A stretch of DNA of 64,000 bases from Perna viridis (Eukaryota), in NCBI GenBank assembly GCA_037379345.1, contig CM074512.1, positions 66,051,597-66,115,596 on the forward strand, in the 5' to 3' direction. Below, piece after piece: positions 38,601 to 47,885 of the stretch. The notes under the pieces are model-generated. The model searched no databases, was not told the DNA's origin, and saw only the letters and a program-made list of their open reading frames with translations. The translations under genes were made by a program, and so were the position numbers. How positions within the stretch are numbered: position 1 is the stretch's first letter; the number at the start of each line of letters is the position of its first letter.

Positions 38601-41600
38601 CAATGTAGAATGAAAGTCACATTTATTTTCTATATCTCTTATAGTCTTTGAGATATATATTGTACGTGGAAATTGTTGAATTTTGCTCCTATGGTCTAAA
38701 ATTAGCAACGGCGGTCATGTTTTATACTTGATATTATGTAGTCGATATACTCACTAGAGCAGATAACCTATGGATACTTGTGACCAAGTTTGGTTATGAT
38801 TAAAAGAGAAATTTCAGAGGGGAAGATTTCTTAGAGACAAGTTAATGAAGGACGAAATACGACGACTGTGACGACGGACGCCAATTGATGACGAAAGCTC
38901 ACATTGCCTAGTGAGCAAAACCTAATTAGTTATAACATAAGCAATAAAACAAAATAACATTATGTCAAACCTTTGTATTCATACTCCAATGAAACTTTCT
39001 CAATCAAAATTATTTTTTACTTTCAGCGAACATTGTACAGGCCTCGTTATTTTTATTTGGAGTGTACATTGTACAGGCCTCATTATGTTTATTTGCAGCG
39101 TACATTGTACAGGCCTCATTATGTTTATTTGCAGCGTACATTGTACAATCCTCATTATTCTCATTTTCAGCGTACATTGTACAGGCCTCATTATTTTTAT
39201 CTGCAGCGTGCATTGTACAGGCCTCATTTTTTTATTTTCAGCGTACATTGTACAGGCCTCATTGTTTTTATTTGCAGCGTACGTTGTACAGGCCTCATTG
39301 TTTTTATTTGCAGCGTACATTGTACAGGCCTCATTGTTTTTCCTCGTCTTCTTTGCTATAGCCGTGGTAGTAGCATTATACAGAGCTGGTATTGGAGGTG
39401 TTATTACTGACTTGATAGCCGAGTTCTGGTAAGTTTATTGCATCAAGACAAAAGGTAGAGCTGAGATTATGAAATTTAAATGGGAAATTCATTTCTATCA
39501 TTATACATTTTTGCCAAAAAAATAAAAAGTTCTCCATATTCCATCTTGTGTACATAGTATATAGCCATTGGGGCAATGTAAGTAGAATTTTACTCTTTGA
39601 GCAATGGATTTTTTTTTTTCTGCAATGGAGACAATCTAGTTTAGAAATGAAGATTGCAAATCTCTTGAACAAAATTCTCAGCTGCATAGTTCCATCTGTT
39701 GTAAACTAAGAATGTAGAATATGAATTAGATGTACATTATATAGCGACTGTACAATATTTTGACTAAATGATTATTGAGATATTTCATAAAGAAAAATGG
39801 TTGTATTACTGAGTGAATTTTATATTGTGTTTGTTGTTTCAGTTCATTGTAATCTTGCATTTAAGGGGGATGGTTAAGGCCTTATAAAGCTAGTTTAACC
39901 CTATGGCAGACATGTGCCTGTCCAGAGTCAGATGTTAGTAATTGTGTTTTTGTCGTTTTTTGACTTTTTAATGTATTTTGAAGAAGTATTATCATTCTAT
40001 TACGGCAGATTGTATTACTTTTCAGAGATAACTCAAAGGTGTGTTTACACATGTTGAAGACCTTTTGGTGATCCCTGATTTTACTAATTTTTATAATGGT
40101 TATACAATAGTACATATGTTGCCCTTCACCAAATCTGCTCCTTTTTTCTAACACTTTGGATAAACATTCAGTTATGATATATGTAGGTCTGCAAATTAGT
40201 CTTTTTATAGTACCTTTAACCAAATATTTCATTTTCAAAGTGCATGCATCAGTGCATCCTTGTGACTTATGTAAAATAATTTTTTTTTCTTGATAGTTTT
40301 CATTAAGGGTTATTGTAATATTGAGTTGAGTTATCTCTCTTTGTTTTCAAAATTTCCATATTATATGATCAAGAACATTTTCTACTTTCTAGCTGTAAAA
40401 GTGAACAGCTGAAGTTCTCTCCTTGGTCCTGGGCCTAACCCCCTACTTTTATTGGAATATTTTGTTGATTTTGTGCAAAATTTGGACAAAAATGTGCAAA
40501 TAATGGTCTGGATCCGCTGTGCTTAGTGATAAACACTGTGCCACAAAATCAACAAAACCTTAAAACCAAATTGTCAAGCATAGTGGGACCTGCAGAAAAT
40601 GTATAGTACTGTGATATACATGTACTATAATATTTCCACCAAACAAGGATGTATAAAAATTCATAATTTTAGCTTCAATAACTGATTATTAACCCAGTTA
40701 TATATATATATATGGCAATAAAAAAACCAAACATCTCTAAATTCACAGTAATGTATGTGTGACACAAGAAATATGAATTTCTCTGAATCAGATGTCTTAA
40801 CAACTTTTTGAAGCTTGTCCTTTCTCCTTGGAATATATTACATGTGTTACAGTCCTAATTCCAAAATCCCAACAACTTCTTGAATACCAATGCACATCCA
40901 TTTCTTCTGAAATGAAAAAAAACAGGATCAGTAAATTTTCTTGTTTTAACCCAAAAAAAAAATGGTGCCACATACAAATTTAGAAATTTTGACAGACGAA
41001 CAAGGTTATCAAATGTACCACCCACTCAATGAGTAAGGTATAAAGTCTACACAACTTCTTTCCCTTTTTATGCTGTACATTTCAGTATTTAGATTCTATA
41101 AGGATAAAGTGGAATATTTTAAGTACCATACAAGATAAGAATCAGGCAATGAATGGGTGGCACATTGTTTTTCTCAATTTGTTATTTTTCCTCAAATATT
41201 GAATACATCTAGAGTGCAACTGAAAGGCTATTTGAATAAATACTAAAGCATTTGTAGTGTAGATATTTTTTACTGCTTTTATAGGAAAAAAATGTGGGGA
41301 ATTTCTCTCGCCATTTTTTCATAGCCCAATTCAAGTTTGACCAATCAATATCTTCAAGAAGTAAACTTTACAAACACTTTGATGGTTATTTTTGGTGGTT
41401 ATAAGGTATAAACACTTACCCTACCAGTGCCCCTGGTCCATGCTCCCAGTTTTTAGTGGAGTCTGAGTTGCTCATTTGCTTTTGTTACTTTGTGTGATTT
41501 TAGTTACTTTATGTTCATTGTTGTGTATGTCTGTTTTCCATGTCTGTTCTTTGTCCCTGGATTACATTCTTTTGATTACTGCTATAAACTTGGTTCCCTT

Positions 41601-44600
41601 GATTACTCTTTTGGATAAAGCAATAAAATTTCTCCTGTTTTTTTGCCCTTCTTGTTCCAATTCTTATACAAATTTTGCCTGATTCTTGGACAGAGAAGTA
41701 CTTTTAAACTGATTAATCATATAGGTTTTGCTTGTTCTGTTTACTTAGTCATCTGTTTTTTTTTAATTTTTTATGATGACCAGGAGAACAGAGTCATACT
41801 TAACCATGCATTTCTTCCATTTCTTCGTCAATTCACATAATCAAAGTTCAGGTGTTCTCAGGGTTTAATGTCGAACAAGGATAAAATAAATAACAGTGTG
41901 AACATATTATCACTAACATCATGGCCCACTGGCTCTTGTGAAGAAAGTTAACAGAAGATCATTAGGCAGTGACAATCCCGCTTATAAATTATGATTTTTC
42001 TAGAACTTTACCTTAGCCAATCAATTAGCCAGTTATCTCTCCACACAAGAGCCTGTGCACTGCCACACCTGTAAACCTTTGGACCATTTCATGTGGGAGA
42101 TTCTCCTACATTGACAAGGTCTCATGTGGAAGATTTTTTATATAAAAGCAAATTTTTTATGTAAAGTTTAATTATTTAGCATTTTTCTCACAAAATATAG
42201 TAATTTTTATGTAAAACTTCCCACAAATCTTACATTTTTTTATGTTGGAGATTCTAATTTTTTCATTGATTTTGTGGGAGTCTCCCCCTCCTAATGTGGA
42301 AGATATGCATGACAGCTCGATTTGCTTTTTTCCAAGAGAAGATCCTTGAAGACTTAATAATAATTCAATATAATAAAACAATTGTTGAAAGTTCATTAAG
42401 AGGTCAGCAATCCAATTAAAATTAGACCTATCAATTATTCCATTAAGTCACTGCAATGTAGGATCTTACAACACTCCATTTTATTTTCTGTTCTGATGAC
42501 CTTCCTATCAGCCAATCAGAATTCATCTTTCATTATTTTGAAAGCATTATTCAAGAAGAAAAACCTGAGGATTCAGGAAGGTAATCTGAACAAAAAGTAG
42601 AATGAAGTGTTGTTAGATCCTACATGCAGTGAATTGAAAAATCTAATTTTAATTACATTGGGAGGTCAGTAAACTTACAGCCTCAATACCAACTATTACC
42701 TTTTACATATTTCCTCAGATCATAGAAGGTAAATTTTGATAATAAATTAATTGTTCCCATCATGACCATTCAACAAATGTGTATTCAAGCATGTAGGATT
42801 ACAGCACCTAAACTGATCTGTGCAACTATAATTGTTCTGATCACAGTATTGTAATATAAACTTTTATTGAAACAAATCCAATATAATGCTATAATCTTTT
42901 TTTAAATGTACAAAAATTGTAATTAAATCTAAGTCTAAATCCACATCATTCAGTAAATTTGATGGAGAAACCAAGCAATTAATTCTTTACAATATATGAA
43001 CTGATCAGTAGCCACGTAATATAATGACCAGTCCTATGGATCATTTTAATGGATCACTGACTAATCTGAAACTGGTCAATTATTGACAATACATCGTAAT
43101 TATAGTAACATGGATCCGTTCAGGTATTATATCTCACAAAATATACCTTTACTATATTATTAAAGGTCTGCTCCTGTGACAGCTATTCTGTTAGTGCTGG
43201 TTCAACTGCTAATGGCAAAGTTCTTGTTCCTGCAAGACAATGGAAATAAATTAGCCATAGAAAACAGGTAACAATCACAATAAAATTACAGGATTCACAG
43301 GTGTAACATCTCACACAACGTGAAGTTCCATGCATTGTTGTTTTTAGGTATACCCCTCGCTCATACAGAAAGTTGGTACTGAACAGCAACAAAAATCACT
43401 TACAATGTATGACCCATATTTATTAAGATAGATCATACTTAATATTTCTATTAAACAGATCTTTATTGTTTTACTCAAAGTAGACTTTGAATGAACATGC
43501 TTTAGAATTTTAATGTAAAAAATTAAAAGTCACCAAACTTGATTTTTAGATAACTGAGCCTTACTATAGGCAATTTTTTACAACCTCTTATATGGATTCA
43601 GTGAGAATATTCACTAATTCCCAAATTAAAAAAAAAAAAAACTGGTATACAAAATTACTTATAATTCATACAAATAATACTTAACTGATATTCTTTCATA
43701 TTTCAAAAATAAAATTGAGGGTCACCAACCTCTTTTCATATTAAAAAATATTTAAAAAAAAAAAAACTAAAATTTCTATTACATTTATAGAATTATTTCC
43801 CATCAATTATCTCCCCTTTGAAAGAGCCTTTTTACAATTATTGTTAGAATATATATATATATAAATATATATGTCTGAATGATTTACAAGATGACAGAAA
43901 AGAATGATCTGTGTAATAGGTATGATCCACCTTTAGCCACTTACCAAATTTGAAATAAAATTCAATGGGAGCTAAGATACCTGGGATGAAATTAGGATGT
44001 GCAGAGGGACAGAATGTTGAATGGACAAGGTGATTCCAATATAGCATCAACTGATTAACCTCACTGAGTGGAATTGACACTTCCTTTCACAAAGCAGAAT
44101 TCACTTTTGTACATACAGTCGAATTTCACTCGCTCGAACTCGGATGGCTCGAACACCCGGGATTTCTCGAACACAATTCAAAGTACCAAAATGTTCTCCT
44201 ATATAATCAATATAAATAACCTTGGAATTCTTGAACTTCGATTTCTCGAAAACTCAAACTGACTAGTCGGTCCGTTCGGTAATAAATCTCAAAGAATAAA
44301 CCTCACTAACTCGAACTCGTCAGCCATTTTGTCAGCTTGGGTAATATAAGGTGTAAAATACTGAAACCCTATCATTAATCAGTGTCATTTTAGTTAATTA
44401 CAGGTAATATTTAAGTCATCACTAATTAGGTAGTTTTGATAAAACTGATTGAAGTTCGAGAATGTTCCGAAGTCAGTATGATGAAACCATGAAAGAAAAT
44501 CAGATAAAAACAAATTATTGACCAATGAACCTACACTCTGGACGTTTTTAAAAGAAAACACAGCATTTTTAATGTCCACAAATCAACATAATCTTCCGAA

Positions 44601-47600
44601 AGCGAATGAAAAAGAACCACGAACTAACACAACTTCGGAGGAAGAAAGCAATTTCTAACGATAAAGTCGGACTCAGACCGGCAACGAAAGAAATCCGGAA
44701 ATATACGAAATTCAATTTCTCGAACTCCCCATAACTCGAACACATTTCAATGGTCCCTTGGAGTTCGAGCTACCGAGGTTTGACTGTACATGTTGTTTGT
44801 ATATGCATGTCGGAAGTTCTGTCATAAAAAAGAGGAAATGGATGGAATAACAAAAATCATCTCAATTTCAAACCATCCTAATATTTTTTAAATATTCAGT
44901 GAAAAAGATATGAATATTGTTGTCAGAAAATAATTAAGCATTAAGGGCCACTGAGAGTTTTGGGCTAAAAAAGTAAATTCAGAAAAATAAAGAAATGAAC
45001 AATTTCTATTGTCAAATTAAATGAAAACAATAAGAGGAAACAAAGAGGAAACTCTAGACACTCTTAAATCCTCAAATCTGAGAACTATGATTGAATTTGA
45101 AATATTTTGCATTTTTGGAAGAATATACATAGTTGATAAATGTACTGTATGTACTAAAACAATCATATGAAAATATGACTGATATCATACCTACATATAC
45201 TTTTCAGACGAGGATTTTTCCTGACAGTATACTTCGTGTTCTTCTACAACACTTTTCTCGGTTTGATCTCCTGTCTGATGAGAATCCTTAAAGCTATTGG
45301 AATTGGGTCTTTATTTCTAGGAAGACTTGATCACAGCACTCTCCCAAGGAGGTTCCAATTAATGGATCCTGGTATGTAATATGAAGCAGTTGTAACCTGT
45401 ATAAGGACAAAGTTGAATGTATAGATATATCTAAAAATCTTCTTGTCGCTTTTTCTAGACATCTTTATGGTTCTTGACACTTCTTGTCGCTAATTAGTGA
45501 GACTGGTTGGTAGTGTTGGTACTCCTGACTTTCTGGCTAAGGTTTCAACCAGAAAAACCTGCTCTTACGACATTTACGACATATGAGAAATGAAAAAAAA
45601 GTATCTAAATTATAATATTTAGTAAAGAACATATAATAAACACTTCTTAGTTAAGCTGATACAAGAATACCAAACTTTGTATGGGAAGCTGCGAAAGACA
45701 TGACTTCAGAAAAAAAGTCATATACAATTAAGTGTACATGCTACATGTAGTACATGTTGAAAGCTGCATACATCTGTATGTCAACTTGACACTGCTCTAA
45801 GCATTGATTATTGATTGATACAGGTGAGCACAACTGTCTCAGCATTATACAAGTAGTTGTTCAGACATATAATGGGTATAATGTTTTATTTATATGATAT
45901 GTTATAAACGTTTCCCAAATATTTACTGTGCTGGTTATTTTCTCCTATGTGTTCATAGTTTATGATTCTAAATCGGCAGTTATACCTCAAATCAACATGT
46001 AGATAGTGTATTGGAATCACCTTGTCCATCCGTCTGTCTGAGTTTCAAAATTAGCTCAGTTTCCAATACATGGATTGATCTCAAACTTGGCATGTGACTA
46101 TGTTAAGATAGGGCATACACTGCAAGCAATGTTAGACCAATACGATCAAACTACTGTGTGAGAGGGGCATACTCAGCATGACACTGCATACAACTTCATG
46201 TTAACCTTTTCAGGATTTGATGCTTATGTTGGTTTCATGCACATGGAGAATGCCCATTACAATCCTGTTATGCTGACCTTTATCTCAATACTACAGATGA
46301 AGATTAATGCCACCAAAGCTAAAAATCTAGATGAGGAACAAGGTAATGGTGCAGAACTGTTAAAAAATGTGTCAACTTGCTTGAAAAATATCTAATAATG
46401 ATATATAGACAATAAAAGTGTATTGACTTAACATAAAAACAATGCTAGAAAAACTGTGAGCAATGCTCTAACTCCACCATTTAATAAGATGTACCTTCTG
46501 ACCTCCATACTGATTTGGATCAAAATCTTAAATAAGAGGTGCACCTTTGGAGCATGTAATAAAGGTTCTGTGAAAGATTGATTCCATTCCATTCAGTGGT
46601 AAAGGAGTAGTAACAAATAAGAGATGGGTTCCATTTGTTCACAAATAACAATGCCGGGGTTTTGCAATATGAAACCCCCAAATATTATTAAATCAAAATT
46701 GGAGGTGCACAATGCGAACATGTAATAAAGATTCTGTGAAAGTTCTGGACGGAGGGATGGACTCCCCCCATCACTATATACCCTGCACTTTGCAAGTGGG
46801 GGTATAATGAGGATGAGGCTTCACATTGTATTGTCTTTAAACTGCAATCCTAATCTGTTTTTTTTTTTATTCAAGTTTGATCTTAAACAGCCACAAAAAA
46901 ATACATGAAATAATGAACTTTTGATAGATCACAAAATCAATACCCCAAAAATACATTGCTTCACGCAGTTGAAAGAGTGGAGAAAAGTTAGGAAAATTTG
47001 CTGCATGAAGATACGGAAAAATTATAATGAATTTTAAAAATTTACATCAAAACTTACAAGACATTTTCATTGGCTATGGCAGAGAAAAAAAATGAATTAA
47101 ACCTAAGCTTCTGATCTTAATGTTTTGTACATATGAAATTTCACGATGTATAAACATTTGTTGTAACAATAAAATATTCATTTTTGTCAAAAAGATCTAA
47201 AATTTTTAATCTAATTATAAGGTCATCATAAAAAAAACATCCTCGATCCTCATCCATCATTTTTCAAATTAAAGGTAAGAAGGTGAATTCTATTCTTTAT
47301 TTTTTATCAGTTTAAGTGAAAATTTGAAAGAAATGGAAAAAAAATCAATATGAAATTCTTTGGGGAGGGTGAAAAAAAAGTCCCGAGGGGATCAGAATCA
47401 ATATATATTTTTCATTTTGACCTAAACTGCTACTATCATATTATTTCAGAACTGGAAAATATAAGAGATAAAGAAACGAACAGACGTCGCAGGAAGGCTA
47501 TACAGAACTGGCACATGGCATGTCTGCTACATTTCAATCCACAGTTCCGTGTTTTGAGAAAAGACTATCTTGAAGGAATAAGAGAGAAACGTACCATAAC

Positions 47601-47706
47601 CAAAAAGTCAGAAAAAAAAGAAAAGACCATGGAAGACTCAAAAGGAAGCATTGTTACCATTGAAATAAATCAAAAACCACCTGCTTATACTAAATATTCT
47701 GCATAA
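26567..47706 (+). CDS. STRA6-like: STRA6-like multipass membrane receptor, paralogue B (about 693 aa, 17 exons)
   Basis: Exons: 26567-26640, 26902-26980, 27440-27525, 28182-28315, 29601-29770, 30435-30679, 31507-31595, 32032-32093, 33784-33955, 34432-34507, 37468-37546, 37915-37963, 39314-39428, 43166-43267, 45208-45371, 46214-46342, 47450-47706 (2082 nt, open, all GT-AG). Exon-by-exon homologous to paralogue A with the same phases and the same STRA6 motifs. Confidence 0.92.
26902..26980 (+). CDS. STRA6-like B exon 2
   Basis: LNMNCVPVDQTDSDRYQFYQYMMIPS|GTAAGT. Confidence 0.85.
27440..27525 (+). CDS. STRA6-like B exon 3
   Basis: LLQFIVFSYLIKRRNLCLDKCASRPGIV. Confidence 0.9.
27621..27875 (-). 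mobile_element. Family R1 copy (longest 5' extent)
   Basis: Same consensus, extending to TTTAGAAACACCCGCCG. Confidence 0.85.
28182..28315 (+). CDS. STRA6-like B exon 4
   Basis: PMDIYERKNRMSFIAAFGAAA... Confidence 0.9.
28451..28810 (+). mobile_element. Degenerate reverse-transcriptase fragment of a Penelope-like retroelement (probably Naiad/Chlamys-type) in intron 4 of STRA6-like B
   Basis: LPSMYWIPKSHKNPYKQRYIAGSAKCTIKPLSKLL, then after a frameshift IKTYDFSTLY; resembles PLE RT motifs (Y.LPK.HK...P.R.I; .DF.SLYT); frameshifted and truncated. Confidence 0.8.
28895..29040. repeat. Degenerate tandem repeat
   Basis: CAGTATTGCTCAGTATTGTTAAGT-like units. Confidence 0.7.
29352..29516 (+). mobile_element. 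Family R1 copy
   Basis: TTAGTGGCGTCCGAGTTGCTC...CCCTTGATTACTC. Confidence 0.9.
29601..29770 (+). CDS. STRA6-like B exon 5
   Basis: FVIILSVICYGLLFFPIFAALTVRKPLGY... Confidence 0.92.
30435..30679 (+). CDS. STRA6-like B exon 6
   Basis: LNQLYLVLRDWPKLG...GRHVVNAL. Confidence 0.9.
31507..31595 (+). CDS. STRA6-like B exon 7
   Basis: EEGCCGSCGKRLKDLCHSIIAPWLYKNNP. Confidence 0.88.
32032..32093 (+). CDS. STRA6-like B exon 8
   Basis: FRYSARILSLYFVCFIIVYK. Confidence 0.9.
33784..33955 (+). CDS. STRA6-like B exon 9
   Basis: ISVESLVFFLP...LYYIIEGIR. Confidence 0.9.
34432..34507 (+). CDS. STRA6-like B exon 10
   Basis: CFVCAIVAEMLMSSLMIFHMISSY. Confidence 0.9.
37468..37546 (+). CDS. STRA6-like B exon 11
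   Basis: KNLLALFKGSRVHIPPMSEKSNASLM. Confidence 0.9.
37915..37963 (+). CDS. STRA6-like B exon 12
   Basis: VGTMRYTGYQVGYILW. Confidence 0.92.
38300..38920 (+). mobile_element. Helentron-associated (HINE/pearl-like) non-autonomous element relic; boundaries approximate
   Basis: Internal degenerate tandem units (TTCAAGATA...CTGAAAACTA...GGCAATAAC), then GACGACGGACGCCA...AAGCTCAC...GTGAGC terminal hairpin. Confidence 0.55.
39011..39340 (+). repeat. 36-bp minisatellite, about 9 copies, each containing a splice acceptor plus the exon start
   Basis: Unit TTTTTATTTGCAG|CGTACATTGTACAGGCCTCATT(A/G); AG ends at 39026, 39062, 39098, 39134, 39170, 39206, 39241, 39277, 39313. Confidence 0.97.
39314..39428 (+). 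CDS. STRA6-like B exon 13 (acceptor ambiguous, repeated 9 times)
   Basis: YIVQASLFFLVFFAIAVVVALYRAG...; the last acceptor gives 115 nt, equal to A exon 13. Confidence 0.8.
41414..41611 (+). mobile_element. Family R1 copy
   Basis: CTTACCCTACCAGTGCCCCTGGTCCATGCTCCC...CCCTTGATTACTCTT. Confidence 0.9.
43166..43267 (+). CDS. STRA6-like B exon 14
   Basis: SAPVTAILLVLVQLLMAKFLFLQDNGNKLAIENR. Confidence 0.9.
44116..44786. mobile_element. Tc1/mariner (pogo/Tigger-like) MITE
   Basis: TA|CAGTCGAATTTCACTCGCTCGAACTC ... GAGTTCGAGCTACCGAGGTTTGACTG|TA: imperfect 26-bp TIRs, TA target duplication, internal CTCGAAC subrepeats. Confidence 0.85.
45208..45371 (+). CDS. STRA6-like B exon 15
   Basis: RGFFLTVYFVFFYNTFLG...RLDHSTLPRRFQLMDP. 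Confidence 0.93.
45392..45712 (+). repeat. Dispersed repeat, homologous to 58262-58560 and 61614-61912
   Basis: Shared TAACCTGTA...TATAGATATAT...GCTTTTCTAGACATCTT...TTAGTGAGAC...TTGTATGGGAA. Confidence 0.75.
46214..46342 (+). CDS. STRA6-like B exon 16
   Basis: GFDAYVGFMHMENAHYNPVMLTF... Confidence 0.93.
46436..46808 (+). mobile_element. HINE-like element relic
   Basis: Two internal tandem units (GAGGTGCAC...CATGTAATAAAG.TTCTGTGAAAG), GGAC/GGAG tract and 3' hairpin TATACCCTGCACTT...AAGTGGGGGTATA; similar relics at about 48240-48325, 49690-50040 and 53150-53590. Confidence 0.55.
47450..47706 (+). CDS. STRA6-like B terminal exon 17
   Basis: ...QNWHMACLLHFNPQFRVLRK...PPAYTKYSA*. Confidence 0.9.
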
Positions 47707-47773
47707 AGTGCACATGAAGAGTCAATGTGTTGAAAAGCCTACCTCAAAAGAATCAGACAAATTGTATTATATT

Positions 47774-47885
47774 AAAAAGTCAGAAAAATTGGAAAAGAAA
47801 ACGTGAAAGACTGAAAAGGAAGCATTGTGATTTAAAATGAATCAAAATGAGACTACTTAAACAAACCAAATATTCTTCTTTAAAT
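47774..47885 (+). repeat. Decayed duplicate of the last ~105 coding nt of STRA6-like B, located in its 3' UTR
   Basis: AAAAAGTCAGAAAAA..GAAAAG...AAGACT.AAAAGGAAGCATTGT...AATCAAAA...AAATATTCT matches 47602-47707. Confidence 0.8.

Noticed and set aside
38962-39432. CRISPR-like 36-bp periodicity and five overlapping repetitive ORFs (e.g. CSVHCTGL, QRTLYRPH repeats)
   Set aside because: There are no unique spacers, no cas genes, and the context is a eukaryotic intron. The ORFs are by-products of a stop-free 36-bp unit.
43183-43392. Minus-strand ORF with FLYERG, resembling A exon 14 (FLQERG) and suggesting an inverted exon
   Set aside because: The true B exon 14 is on the plus strand at 43166-43267, so the resemblance is coincidental.
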